Positions 1 through 11,480 of a stretch of DNA of 64,000 bases are shown piece after piece. Numbering within the stretch: the stretch's first letter is position 1; every line of letters starts with the position of its first letter. The stretch comes from an uncultured Thermotogae bacterium (GTDB lineage Bacteria; Bipolaricaulota; Bipolaricaulia; RBG-16-55-9; DRXL01): assembly GCA_964473325.1 (NCBI GenBank), contig CAYYOG010000001.1:52618-116617 (forward strand), written 5' to 3'. Under the pieces are notes generated by a model that did no database searches, was not told the DNA's origin, and saw only the letters and a list, made by a program, of their open reading frames with translations. The position numbers were made by a program, and so were the translations under genes.

Positions 1-1179
1 GCCATCTGGCGCTGCTATAAGCGCGGGGCGTACTTCGCTAATCCCTGCTTCACGCAGATTCACCCGACGTGCATCCCTATCACAGGGGACTATCAGTCAA
101 AGTTAACTTTGATGAGCGAGAGTCTCAGAAACGATGGGCGCGTCTGGGTGCCCAAGAAGAAGGGCGACACCCGCCCGCCCAACGAGATCCCCGAAGACGA
201 GCGCGATTACTTCTTGGAGCGCAAGTACCCTAGCTACGGGAACCTCGCCCCACGAGATATCGCTTCGCGCGCAGCGAAGGCCGTCTGTGACGAGGGGCGC
301 GGCGTGGGCGCGACAGGCCGCGCCGTCTATCTCGATTTTTCTGATACCATCCGCGAGAAGGGCCTCGAATATATCAAAGAACAGTACGGCAATCTTTTCG
401 AGATGTATCAGCATATCACCGCGGAAGACCCATATAAAGTCCCGATGCGCATCTATCCCGCCGTGCACTATACGATGGGCGGGCTCTGGGTCGACTATAA
501 CTTAATGAGCACGATCCCCGGGCTCTTTGTGCTCGGCGAAGCCAACTTCTCGGACCACGGGGCCAATCGCTTGGGCGCCAGCGCCCTCATGCAAGGGCTC
601 GCCGATGGGTATTTTATTATCCCTTACACCATTGGGGATTACTTCGCCAGCACGACCCTCCCCAAAGTAACGGCCGAGCATAGCGCGTTCAAAGATTCGC
701 TCGCGGAAGTCCACAGATTCCTGACGAAGCTCTTATCGATTAAGGGCAATAAAACCGTGATGGAGTTCCATCGCGAATTAGGGATGATCCTCTGGGACTA
801 CGTGGGGATGGCTCGCAATGCCCAGGGACTCCAGATAGCCCTAGAGAAGATTAGAAGACTCCGTGAAGAGTTTTGGAACAACCTCAGAGTCCCCGGCGAC
901 AATAATATGCTGAACAAGAACTTAGAGATGGCCGGGCGCGTGGCAGATTTCTTAGAGCTTGCGGAGCTGATGGCCATCGACGCGCTCCATCGAGAAGAAT
1001 CGTGCGGGGCACACTTCCGCGAAGAGTATCAAACCCCCGATGGCGAAGCCCTGCGCAACGACGAGAAATTCTGCTACGTCGCCGCGTGGGAATATACAGG
1101 AGACCTGAGCAGACCCGAATTGCACAAAGAGCCCCTGGTCTTCGAGTTCGTCACACCGACGGTGAGGAGCTATAAGTGA
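1..1179 (+). CDS. sdhA: succinate dehydrogenase/fumarate reductase flavoprotein subunit, C-terminal part (5' end outside window)
   Basis: Frame 1 is open from base 1 with no stop before the tracked ORF at 109. The translation [51 protein letters not shown] matches the conserved SdhA C-terminal domain. Confidence 0.85.
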   Translation, partial: AIWRCYKRGAYFANPCFTQIHPTCIPITGDYQSKLTLMSESLRNDGRVWVPKKKGDTRPPNEIPEDERDYFLERKYPSYGNLAPRDIASRAAKAVCDEGRGVGATGRAVYLDFSDTIREKGLEYIKEQYGNLFEMYQHITAEDPYKVPMRIYPAVHYTMGGLWVDYNLMSTIPGLFVLGEANFSDHGANRLGASALMQGLADGYFIIPYTIGDYFASTTLPKVTAEHSAFKDSLAEVHRFLTKLLSIKGNKTVMEFHRELGMILWDYVGMARNAQGLQIALEKIRRLREEFWNNLRVPGDNNMLNKNLEMAGRVADFLELAELMAIDALHREESCGAHFREEYQTPDGEALRNDEKFCYVAAWEYTGDLSRPELHKEPLVFEFVTPTVRSYK

Positions 1180-1180
1180 T

Positions 1181-1936
1181 ATGACGAAAAGGATGACTCT
1201 GCACCTGCGGATCTGGCGACAGCCCAACTCGCACACCTCAGGAAAGTTCGTCACGTACACGATCAGGGACGTCTCGCCGGACATGTCGCTGCTCGAACTC
1301 TTAGATGTGCTTAATGAAGAACTCATCAAGCAAGGGGAGCTGCCTGTGGAGTTCGACAACGACTGTCGCGAGGGAATCTGTGGGACGTGCGGGTTTTTAG
1401 TGAACGGTGTCGCGCACGGTCCCAAGCGTGGCCGCACTGCGTGCCAGCAGTATCTGCGCGATTTCAAAGACGGCGAGACTATTACGCTCGAGCCCTTCCG
1501 GGCGAAAGCCTTCCCGGTCATTAAAGACTTGGTCGTCGACCGTAGCGCATTAGACAGAATTATGGCTGCCGGAGGCTATATCTCTGTCAATACAGGGAGC
1601 GCGCCCGATGCCAATAGCATTCCCATCCCTAAAGAGATCGCTGAGCAAGCGTTCGATGCCGCAGCGTGTATTGGATGTGGCGCGTGTGTGGCGGCGTGTC
1701 CGAACGCGTCTGCGTCGCTCTTTGTGGGCGCCAAGATCGCGCACTTCGCCCTCTTGCCTCAAGGGCAGCCAGAACGTATCAGAAGAGTGCTACGCATGGT
1801 CGAGCAGATGGATAAAGAGGGGTTCGGGGATTGTTCTAATCACGGCGAGTGCGAGGCCGTTTGCCCAAAGAATATCTCGATCAAGCACATCGCCATAATG
1901 CGACGTGAGTATCTGAAAGCACTCTGGTCCAGATAG
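1181..1936 (+). CDS. sdhB: succinate dehydrogenase/fumarate reductase iron-sulfur subunit
   Basis: 2Fe-2S cysteine cluster ([10 protein letters not shown]) and 4Fe-4S ferredoxin motifs ([25 protein letters not shown]). Starts 2 bp after the sdhA stop. Confidence 0.85.
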   Translation: MTKRMTLHLRIWRQPNSHTSGKFVTYTIRDVSPDMSLLELLDVLNEELIKQGELPVEFDNDCREGICGTCGFLVNGVAHGPKRGRTACQQYLRDFKDGETITLEPFRAKAFPVIKDLVVDRSALDRIMAAGGYISVNTGSAPDANSIPIPKEIAEQAFDAAACIGCGACVAACPNASASLFVGAKIAHFALLPQGQPERIRRVLRMVEQMDKEGFGDCSNHGECEAVCPKNISIKHIAIMRREYLKALWSR

Positions 1937-2199
1937 ACCAACGCAGCTTATAGCCCCAACAAGCAAGGGATCGAAGAACGACGTTGTCGCGGGAGCGAGT
2001 AGCGTTAAGAGAGCGCGCTTATTCACATATGGCGCAATCGCTTGTTTCAGCTCAGGTTTGAGCTGGCTCTGCATCCCTTGATCGTTGACATAGACGAACG
2101 CGCAAGATAAACTGATTTCCCCTCTCGCGGCCTCCTCCTCCCCTAATTTTTCTTAATTGATTGCCTCGCAAAGAGAAAATACTGGAGAAAAAGCCCCTC

Positions 2200-2228
2200 T
2201 TGATTTTCAACGATGAAAAGTCTATACT
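2200..2228 (+). promoter_or_regulatory. sigma70-type promoter for the ABC importer operon (TTGATT-N17-TATACT)
   Basis: -35 at 2200-2205, 17-nt spacer, -10 at 2223-2228. An AGGAGG RBS lies just before the ATG at 2343. Confidence 0.45.
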
Positions 2229-2342
2229 TAGTTCCAGGGAGCTTAGGCGATCCCATTCCTCAACAAGAGGGAGGTGATACAGGGTTCAGCGCGAAATATC
2301 TGTTATTAACCTAGTAGAACAAAACTATAGGAGGGTCTTTTC

Positions 2343-4208
2343 ATGCGCACAGTGTTGTTGACAATAATCTGTCTCATGTTAGTGGCCGTCACGGTGACGC
2401 TGGCCGGACCGGAGAAGAATAATCTCATCATCGGCACAAATCAAGAGCCCGATCAGTTCAATCCCTGGGAAGGCGGCGCCGACACCAAAGAGAACGTTAT
2501 GGGTCTCTTCATGATCGGGTTCACGTACTTTGACAACCAGGGCAACTTGCAGCCCGGTCTGGCGACCGAGGTTCCCACTGAGAAAAATGGCCGCGTGCGT
2601 GTGATTCGCGACGCTCAGGGGAAGTTCCTGCGCCAAGAAGTCGACTGGACTATTCGTACCAACGCCAAGTGGAGCGATGGGACTGATATCACCACTGACG
2701 ATGTGCTCTTCACCTTTGAGGTGCAGCAGCATAAGTTCATCCCGGCGCTCTTCCGCACCTTCTCCAACATGATCCAGGAGATAAAGGTCAAGGACAAGAA
2801 GAACTTCACGATCGTTTACAAAGAGCCAAATCTCTTCTACGCCAGCCCGACGGGCCGGCTCGGTCTCGCCCGGCACTACGATGTCGCCCCCAAGCATATC
2901 TGGGAGCCAATCTTCCGCGAGGCCGTGAAAGAAGCTGAAGCCAACCCCGCCCAAGCTGCAGATATTATTAAGTCTAAGTTCTTGGGCGCGGATGCAGCCA
3001 CCGGCAAGGACCCCAGCAAAGTCGTGGGCAGCGGGCCGTTCAAGTTTGTCGAGTGGCAGCGCAACCAGTTCGTGCGCTTCGTGCGCCGACCAGACTTCTT
3101 CCTCAGCCCTCCGGGCGATCCCAAGAACTACGTCCAAGAAGTGATCGTGCGCTTCTTCACCGCGACGGAGACCGCGCTCTCCGCATTGATCGCCGGTGAA
3201 GTGGACGCTAGCGATGACATCGTGCTCGCTGGTCAAGACCCCGCTGTGCTCAAGCAACAATTGGGTGACCGGGGCAGCGTAGAAGTCTCGCCCTCAGGCT
3301 TCCTAGAAATGCTGTGGTTCAATCACTTCACCAAGCGCCCTGGCATTGATCTGCCCGTCTGCCAGACCGCTGATGACTTGCTCTTGGGCGACAAGCGCAC
3401 TCGCCAGGCAATCATCCAAGCGATTGACCGCGAGGCAATCAAGGTCGTCTTCCCCGGTGCTATCCTCTCGAACTCGTTCGTCATTCGCGGCGACATCGGC
3501 TTCAATGACAAGCTCAACCCCTGGCCGCGCAACGTCGAGAACGCCAAGAAGCTCTTGGCGGAGCTGGGCTGGACGCCCGGACCCGGCGGTGTCTTGCAGC
3601 GCAAGACGGCCGACGGACGCACGATCTTCTTCCGGTTGCCGCACGTGACGACGCCGGCGACCTTCCGCGTGCGCACGCAAGAGCTCTTGCAGCGCCAGCT
3701 GCGCGACGTGGGCATCGCTCTAGAACCAAGCAACCAGCCGGCTTCGGTGCTCTTCAGCAGCAACTTCGTCAACGGCTCCAACTGCAACTGGTCTGGCATT
3801 ATCGAGTTTGCCAGCGCTGGTGGCATTGGAGAATCGCCTGCTGATGAAGTTTCGAGCCACATCTGGGCCGACGATCCCGAGACGCCCGCGCCATTTGACA
3901 ACATCGCGCGACCGGCCAACGGCATGTCTGGCGAAAATCACAACGGCTACGTCAACCGTGAGTACGACAAACTGCACTTCCAAGCGCTCAGCCAACTCGA
4001 TTCAGCAGCACGAGCAGAGACGCTGAAGAAGATGCAGGAGATCTTCAACGACGAGCTGCCGGCCATTCCGCTCTACGAGCGTGTGGAGATTCTGTTGAGC
4101 AAGAAGGGCTTGGTGAACTACACCAAGGGGACGCCTCTAACTCGCACCCCGATGTGGAACGCTTGGGAGTGGGGTTGGGAGCAGAACGGCGCTAAGAAGG
4201 TCCGCTAG
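2343..4208 (+). CDS. ABC transporter substrate-binding protein, family 5 (oligopeptide/dipeptide/nickel, OppA/DppA-like)
   Basis: N-terminal signal peptide (MRTVLLTIICLMLVAVTVTLAG). ~620 aa with family-5 SBP-like sequence, followed by two permease genes. Confidence 0.75.
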   Translation: MRTVLLTIICLMLVAVTVTLAGPEKNNLIIGTNQEPDQFNPWEGGADTKENVMGLFMIGFTYFDNQGNLQPGLATEVPTEKNGRVRVIRDAQGKFLRQEVDWTIRTNAKWSDGTDITTDDVLFTFEVQQHKFIPALFRTFSNMIQEIKVKDKKNFTIVYKEPNLFYASPTGRLGLARHYDVAPKHIWEPIFREAVKEAEANPAQAADIIKSKFLGADAATGKDPSKVVGSGPFKFVEWQRNQFVRFVRRPDFFLSPPGDPKNYVQEVIVRFFTATETALSALIAGEVDASDDIVLAGQDPAVLKQQLGDRGSVEVSPSGFLEMLWFNHFTKRPGIDLPVCQTADDLLLGDKRTRQAIIQAIDREAIKVVFPGAILSNSFVIRGDIGFNDKLNPWPRNVENAKKLLAELGWTPGPGGVLQRKTADGRTIFFRLPHVTTPATFRVRTQELLQRQLRDVGIALEPSNQPASVLFSSNFVNGSNCNWSGIIEFASAGGIGESPADEVSSHIWADDPETPAPFDNIARPANGMSGENHNGYVNREYDKLHFQALSQLDSAARAETLKKMQEIFNDELPAIPLYERVEILLSKKGLVNYTKGTPLTRTPMWNAWEWGWEQNGAKKVR

Positions 4209-4226
4209 ACGGCCTTCGGAATTGCG

Positions 4227-4270
4227 AACCGGGGGTAGGGTTTAAAATAAAAGCTCTGCCCCCGGTTTCG
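4227..4270 (+). terminator. intergenic hairpin (attenuator-like) between the binding-protein and permease genes
   Basis: AACCGGGGG ... CCCCCGGTT inverted repeat followed by TTTCGT. The T-tract is weak, so a partial terminator is more likely than a full one. Confidence 0.3.
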
Positions 4271-4286
4271 TATAATTTGTACTGAC

Positions 4287-5319
4287 ATGTTCAGCTATCT
4301 TGTGCGCCGTCTCTTACAGATCGTCCCAACGGTCTTCTTTATCTCTGTGATCGTGTATGCCCTGCTAGCTCTCAAGCCCGGTGATCCCATTGACGAGCTG
4401 CGCTTGGGCAACCCAGGGTTGACATCTGAAGATATCCAAAGACTTGTGAAGTTCTACGGCCTCGATCAGCCCTGGTACACGCGCTATTGGATTTGGCTCA
4501 GCCGCGCGGTGCAGGGCGACTTTGGCCCTTCACGACGCTTCGGGATGCCCGCGGCTGAATATGTCTTTCGCTATCGTCTCCCAAACACATTACTCTTGTC
4601 CGTCACAGCGCTCTTCATCGCGTTGCTCGTTGCTATCCCCACGGGTATTATCTCAGCGTTGCGCCAGCACACCCCATTGGACTACACTGTGACGTTCTTT
4701 AATTTTATTGGGGTCTCTATTCCCATCTTTTGGCTGGGGCTTATTTTAATTTACGTCTTCGCCGTGCATTTTCGACAATTGTTCCCTGCCGGTGGGCTGT
4801 CGACGCCGGGGATCTCTGCTCCAGATTGGGCATCTATTACTGCGCAGACAAGTAATTTCTTCGAAGCGATCAGCCTCTATATTGCTCAATTGTGGCCGGT
4901 CATCGCGGATCGAGTGCGCCACTTGATCCTACCCGTGATAGCATTGTCGTCCATTCAGATGGCCTCCTGGACGCGCTTCATGCGCAGCTCGATGCTCGAA
5001 GTCATCCATCTCGATTACGTGCGCACAGCGCGTGCCAAAGGACTGCAAGAGCGAGTTGTCATCTTCCGGCACGCATTGCGCAACGCCATCGCACCGATTA
5101 TTACTCTCATTGCGCTCTCTATTCCCGCAGCGATGTCCGGCGCTGTACTCACCGAGACCGTGTTCAATTGGCCCGGCATGGGACGGGCGATCTTCGAGTC
5201 CATCTTGAGCAACGACTACAATGTCGCGATGGTCTCGTTGATGTTCATCTCGCTCTTGATCGTGATCTTTAATCTTTTGGCCGACATCGCCTATGCGTTA
5301 GTGGATCCGCGTATTCGCT

Positions 5320-5327
<8 letters not shown>
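4287..5327 (+). CDS. ABC transporter permease (DppB/OppB family)
   Basis: Multi-pass hydrophobic protein with an EAA-like loop region (HLDYVRTARAKGL). Lies in an operon with the binding protein. Confidence 0.8.
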
Positions 5328-6352
<1,025 letters not shown>

Positions 6353-6363
<11 letters not shown>

Positions 6364-7798
6364 TGTTGCACACCGGCAGGAGCTTCGCGACTTTTCGGCC
6401 GATCCCCACTTCGTGGCTAACTCTTACTACTTCGTCGAGATCTTTATACGCGCCAGGAGCCTCCTCAGCAATCGTCGCGCGGCTCTGCCCACGAACGTAA
6501 ATGCCGCGCTCGCGCAGCTCTGCCACGAGATTGTCCGCACGGTATTCTTTTGTTGCCTTGGTGCGGCTCATCACCCGCCCAGCTCCGTGCGCTGTGCTCC
6601 CGAACGTCTCGCGCATTGCGACTTCGGTGCCCACTAAGATATAGCCTCCTGTGCCCATCGAGCCCGGGATAATAATGGGCTGACCCACATGCCGGTAGGC
6701 TTCTGGGACTTCGCGACGCCCTGGCGGGAAGGCCCGCGTCGCTCCCTTGCGATGCACATAAACTTCGATCTCTTTCCCATTGATGCGATGTGTCTCGCGC
6801 TTGCCGATATTGTGCGCGACATCATAGAGCAAGTGCATTCCCAGCTCGCGCCAGCTCGCGCGAAAGATTTTTTCAAAGCACTCTCGCGCCTTGTGCATAA
6901 TGATTTGTCTATTACACCACGCAAAGTTGATCGCGCAGTTCATCGCGGCATAATAGTCTTGCGCGAGCTTGCTGTGCACCGGCGCACACGCAAGTTGTCG
7001 GTCCGGCAGCGAATTTAAGAGATCGCGATGCTCCTTCTCGATCAGTCTGAGATAATCCGTGCAGATCTGGTGTCCATAGCCGCGGCTCCCGCAGTGGATC
7101 ATCACGACGATCTGATCTTTAAAGAGCCCAAATTCTCTCGAGACGTCTTCATTGAAGATCTCGACGACCCGTTGAACTTCCAAGAAGTGATTGCCCGACC
7201 CAAGAGACCCCAATTGCTTTTGCGCGCGCTCCTTGGCTTCGTTGGAGACGGCGTCGGGATCGGCACCGGGACGGACGCCATTATCTTCACAGTGTTCTAA
7301 GTCGTCTTCGACGGCGAAGCCGTGGCGCAGCGCCCACTGGACACCTTGCACCGCGACCTTGTCAAGTTCAGCTTTGGAGAGTTTTCCGACGATAGACCCC
7401 TCGCCAATTCCCGTGGGGATCTCGCTGAAGAGCACGTCGACCAAGAGCTGCTCCTTGCCCTGGAGATCGTCGTACTTTAACTTTGTCTTGCAGACACGCA
7501 CTCCGCAATTGATATCAAAGCCAATAGCTCCAGGGGAGATGACGCCCTTCTCCGCATCAAGCGCCGCGACACCCCCAACGGGGAAGCCGTAGCCTTGATG
7601 GGCATCAGGCAAGACACAGACAGGGCTGTGCACGCCAGGGAGATAGGCCATATTCCGGGCTTGGATGAGCGTCTCGTCTTCTTTGATTTTTTCTAGGAGT
7701 TTTTCGCTGGCGAAGACGCGAGCTGGGACGCGCATCCCACCAGTCTGCGGGATCTCCCAGATATAGTCTGAAATCTTTTTCAGTTCGATCTCAGCCAT
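6353..7798 (-). CDS. rtcB: RNA-splicing ligase RtcB
   Basis: RtcB metal-binding signatures: NHFLEVQ, HCGSRGYGHQ and AHNIGK...HRKGA. ~480 aa. Confidence 0.85.
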
Positions 7799-7867
7799 AA
7801 TGATCTCCCCCTGCAGAATGACGGATAAGAGCCGCGAGCAAGCGTTGTATTATATCGAAAGAGTACG

Positions 7868-9202
7868 TCAAGCTGCAATATCCCTGCGATAGTGCATCCC
7901 CTCAAATCTGATCTTTTCTATCGCACTATAAGCGCGCTTGCGGGCTTCAGTCACGGAAGCTCCCAGCCCGACGACGTTGAGCACCCGTCCGCCAGCCGTC
8001 ACGATTTTGCTGTCTCTGCGAGCTGTGCCGGCATGAAAGATCAGTATATGGTCCTCACCCCGCCCTGCTGGCACCCCTCTCCCGTCTTGGTGGGCGGGAG
8101 AGGGGCCGAGGGTGAGGGCCTCAAGTCCTTCGATCACAAAGCCCTTCTCGTAGTGCTCCGGATACCCCCCCGACGCTAAGACAACACACACAGCACTGAT
8201 GGGCTTGAGCGTTGGCTCAAATCTTTCGAGCCGACGCTCTGCAATAGCCACATAGAGTTCCAAAAGAGTGAAGTCAAATCGAGGAACTAAGACCTGGGTC
8301 TCCGGGTCACCAAAGCGCACGTTATACTCTAAAACACAGGGCCCACGCTCCGTCCATATCAGCCCGAAATAGAGAATACCTTCATAGCTGAGATTCTCTT
8401 TGTGCAAGGCTGCAAACGTCGGCGCGACGATCGTTTTCACCGTCTCGTCGAGCATCTGTTCTGTCAGCCAGGGCACGGGTGAAATCGAGCCCATCCCGCC
8501 GGTATTGGGGCCGCGATCCCCGTCGAGCAGTCTCTTATAGTCTTGAGCTGTGCCCAGCAATTTCCAAGAAATCCCATCAGAAGCGACGAAGAGCGAGAAC
8601 TCCTTCCCCGCCAAAAACTCTTCGATGACGACGCGCTGCGATGCCGCGCCGAACTTTTTCGCGATTATAAAGTCTCTCAGAATCTGCTCGGCTTCGGAAT
8701 GCGTCTGGGCGATAGCGACGCCCTTGCCCGCAGCGAGGCCATCGGCCTTAATGACGATAGGGGGTGGCATGGTGCGAGCGAATGCAAGAGCTTGTTCAAA
8801 GTTCTCAAAGCTCGCATGACGCGCCGTGGGGATGCCGTACTTGTGCAGAAACGCTTTCGCCTGGACTTTGCTGCCCTCTAGGAACGATGCTCTCTGGCTA
8901 GGCGCGATAATTCTGAGATTTTCCCTCTCAAAGAGATCACGAATCCCAGCGACGATGGGGGCTTCGGGGCCGACGACAGTTAAATCTATCTTCTCTCTCT
9001 TGGCGAACTGAGCCAGCTCAGGGAGATTCTCTGGGCTAATGGGGATATTCTCTCCGAGTTGGGCCGTGCCGGCGTTGCCAGGGGCGATATAGAGTTTTGA
9101 GAGCTTAGGGGACTGTGCCAGCCCCCACGCTAAAGCGTGCTCACGTCCGCCGGAACCGATTAAGAGAACCCTCATATCTGCACCAGCGTTTTCCGTGGTC
9201 AT
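7868..9202 (-). CDS. purD: phosphoribosylamine--glycine ligase PurD (carries an in-frame repeat insertion)
   Basis: ATP-grasp PurD sequence (MRVLLIGSGGREHALAWGL). The nested-palindrome repeat at 8051-8120 contributes an extra in-frame block, LTLGPSPAHQDGRGVPAGRGED. Confidence 0.85.
   Translation of the reverse strand: MTTENAGADMRVLLIGSGGREHALAWGLAQSPKLSKLYIAPGNAGTAQLGENIPISPENLPELAQFAKREKIDLTVVGPEAPIVAGIRDLFERENLRIIAPSQRASFLEGSKVQAKAFLHKYGIPTARHASFENFEQALAFARTMPPPIVIKADGLAAGKGVAIAQTHSEAEQILRDFIIAKKFGAASQRVVIEEFLAGKEFSLFVASDGISWKLLGTAQDYKRLLDGDRGPNTGGMGSISPVPWLTEQMLDETVKTIVAPTFAALHKENLSYEGILYFGLIWTERGPCVLEYNVRFGDPETQVLVPRFDFTLLELYVAIAERRLERFEPTLKPISAVCVVLASGGYPEHYEKGFVIEGLEALTLGPSPAHQDGRGVPAGRGEDHILIFHAGTARRDSKIVTAGGRVLNVVGLGASVTEARKRAYSAIEKIRFEGMHYRRDIAA
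8051..8120. repeat. GC-rich nested-palindrome miniature repeat, copy inside purD
   Basis: GTCCTCACCCCGCCC ... CACCCCTCTCCCGT-CTTGGTGGGC-GGGAGAGGGG ... GGGTGAGGGCC. Same architecture as the copies at 23158, 23776, 24981, 30068, 30632 and 62306. Confidence 0.8.
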
Positions 9203-9220
9203 TTCTGTGCCTGCCGTGAT

Positions 9221-9916
9221 TCAAATTAGTACCAATTCTCGCAAATCACGCACCACTCTATCCGGCTTGACCTCCAAACTCCCCGCGGGCAAACTGTTTC
9301 TGTTCACCCAAACCATTTGCATTCCCACGCTCTTTGCTCCCGCGATGTCGTAAATTGGCGAGTCCCCAACGTAGAGCGCCTCGCTCGGCGAGATCTTCGC
9401 CAGCCCCAACGCCTGGCGAAAGATCGCTGGATCGGGCTTGGCTACCCCAACTTCCCCTGAAATAACTATGGGATCGAAGTCGCGCTCCAGATCGAAAAGC
9501 TTTAATTTATATCGCTGTAAGTCGCTCGGCCCGTTGCTGATCATCCCCAAGCGAAATCGCCTGCGCAGCGCCGCAAGCACTTCTCTCACTTCGGGGAAGA
9601 GCTTCAGATGGCTTACCCATGTCCGATAGTACGCTTGGCTCACCTGCGTCGCAAACTCTCTGTCATCTATGCCCAGCTTTTTCAAGATGCGATACGACCC
9701 CTCGCGCAACAATTCTGCCCCGGAGTTGGGCGAGTTTAGCCATAAGTCGTGCATCTCGGCCTTGACTTCTTCGGAAGCTCTGCGCCAAGCTTCCCAATCG
9801 AGCTGCGGGTACTTCTGTGTCGCGACGCGAAAGCTCGCCTCGACCGCCGGAGGCCGACAGCCCGATGTGTCTAAAAGAGTCTCATCTAGATCAAAGAAGA
9901 TCGCTTTGAGCTTCAA
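9221..9916 (-). CDS. HAD-superfamily hydrolase (subfamily IA-like)
   Basis: N-terminal FFDLDETLLD (HAD motif I) and C-terminal VGDSPIYDIAGAKSVG (motif IV). Confidence 0.7.
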   Translation of the reverse strand: MKLKAIFFDLDETLLDTSGCRPPAVEASFRVATQKYPQLDWEAWRRASEEVKAEMHDLWLNSPNSGAELLREGSYRILKKLGIDDREFATQVSQAYYRTWVSHLKLFPEVREVLAALRRRFRLGMISNGPSDLQRYKLKLFDLERDFDPIVISGEVGVAKPDPAIFRQALGLAKISPSEALYVGDSPIYDIAGAKSVGMQMVWVNRNSLPAGSLEVKPDRVVRDLRELVLI

Positions 9917-11442
9917 TGCTTAAAGTGTCGCACCCCCGTCACGACCATCTTGATCTTATGCTGTCTTGCAACTGCAAACGCCTCTTCGTCGCGCACAGAC
10001 CCCCCAGGCTGAATGATCGCTGCAATCCCATATTGCGCAGCTAACTCTACGGTGTCGGGGAACGGGAAGAACCCGTCAGAAGCGAGCACCGCACCGCGAG
10101 ATTGCTCGCCCGCTTGCGCTAGAGCGATTTTGGCCGAGCCAACTCGGTTCGTCTGCCCCGCGCCGATCCCTAAAGTCGTCTCATTCTTAGCCACGACAAT
10201 CGCGTTGGACTTGACATGCTTACACACTGTAAATGCAAAGATCAGATCGCGCTTCTCCACCTCTGAGAGCTTCGCATCATCGAGCACCTTCCAGCTGCTC
10301 TCTTGAATGACGACACTATCTGTATCTTGGAGAAGCAGATCGCCGGAGAGAAAGCGCAGTGTCTCCTTGGGGAAAGTAAGATTTTTGTAGCGCAAGAGCC
10401 GACGGTCTTTCTTCTGCTGTAAGATGGGCAGCGCGTCAAGTGCAAACTCCGGCGCAACGACGATCTCTAGAAAGATCTCATTAAGCTTTTCCGCGAGCTT
10501 TTTATCCACAGTTTGGTTGAGCGCGACGATCCCGCCGAACGCTGAGACGGGGTCGCATTCGAGGGCGCGCTCATAGGCTTCTAAAAGCGTCGTGCCGCGC
10601 GCGACTCCGCAGGGGTTATTGTGCTTAATGATCACGCATGCTGGGGATGCCAGCTCGCTCAACAGCGATAATGCAGACTCAGTGTCGAGCCAATTGTTAT
10701 ACGAGAGTTCTTTCCCCCACAAGACTTCGATCTGTGCCGACAGCCCCGGCGCAAGCGCGTTCTGATAGAGCGCAGCTCGTTGATGGGGGTTCTCGCCATA
10801 GCGCAGCTCGTGCGCTTTTGTGTACGCTAAGAAGAGTTTTTCTGCTGAAAGATTCCATCGCTCCTGGAGCGTTCGGTAGATCGCGATGTCGAGCTCAGCG
10901 ACTTTCGCAAACGCTTTGAGTGCCAAGCGTCGCTTGGTCATCTCCGAGACGTTCCCGCGACGCAGCTCCGCCAAAACGCTCACATAGTCTGATGGATCAG
11001 TCAGCACGATGACGTGCTGAAAATTTTTTGCTGCGGCGCGGACAAGAGACGGCCCACCGATGTCGATCTCTTCAATGAGCTGGGCTTCTGAGAGATTGGG
11101 CTTCTTCGCAGCTTCCATGAACGGATAGAAATTGACGCAGACTAAATCTATCTTTTCAATCGCTTGCGCTGTGAGATCGCTCTGATGTTTTGGATCATCT
11201 CTGAGGGCGAGAATTCCCCCGAAGATCTTGGGGTGGAGCGTCTTGACGCGCCCGCTCAAGATTTCAGGGAACCCTGTCACAGATTCGATGGGCGTGACGG
11301 GGATCTTGCGCTCGTGCAAGAACTTGGCCGTGCCCCCTGTGGAGATGATCTCCCAGCCCAACTCCACAAGACCACGGGCAAACTCGTCTAGATTCGTCTT
11401 ATCGCTGACGGAAAGCAATGCTCTGGGTTTCATAGGGATCAC
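9913..11442 (-). CDS. purH: bifunctional AICAR transformylase / IMP cyclohydrolase PurH
   Basis: MGS-like N-terminal domain (ALLSVSDKTNL...GGTAKFL) plus the AICARFT domain. ~509 aa. Confidence 0.9.
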   Translation of the reverse strand: MIPMKPRALLSVSDKTNLDEFARGLVELGWEIISTGGTAKFLHERKIPVTPIESVTGFPEILSGRVKTLHPKIFGGILALRDDPKHQSDLTAQAIEKIDLVCVNFYPFMEAAKKPNLSEAQLIEEIDIGGPSLVRAAAKNFQHVIVLTDPSDYVSVLAELRRGNVSEMTKRRLALKAFAKVAELDIAIYRTLQERWNLSAEKLFLAYTKAHELRYGENPHQRAALYQNALAPGLSAQIEVLWGKELSYNNWLDTESALSLLSELASPACVIIKHNNPCGVARGTTLLEAYERALECDPVSAFGGIVALNQTVDKKLAEKLNEIFLEIVVAPEFALDALPILQQKKDRRLLRYKNLTFPKETLRFLSGDLLLQDTDSVVIQESSWKVLDDAKLSEVEKRDLIFAFTVCKHVKSNAIVVAKNETTLGIGAGQTNRVGSAKIALAQAGEQSRGAVLASDGFFPFPDTVELAAQYGIAAIIQPGGSVRDEEAFAVARQHKIKMVVTGVRHFKH

Positions 11443-11480
11443 AGTTTAGCTTACCCAAAGTCGGCGCGCTCTGTCAAAGT

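Noticed and set aside
109-1179. ORF-track start at 109 for the first gene
   Set aside because: The frame is open to base 1 and the upstream translation is conserved SdhA sequence, so the gene is 5'-truncated by the window rather than starting at 109.
2379-3260. 293-aa antisense ORF within the binding-protein gene, and similar ones at 134-505, 3323-3925 and 952-1521
   Set aside because: Shadow ORFs on the opposite strand of conserved genes, with low-complexity composition.
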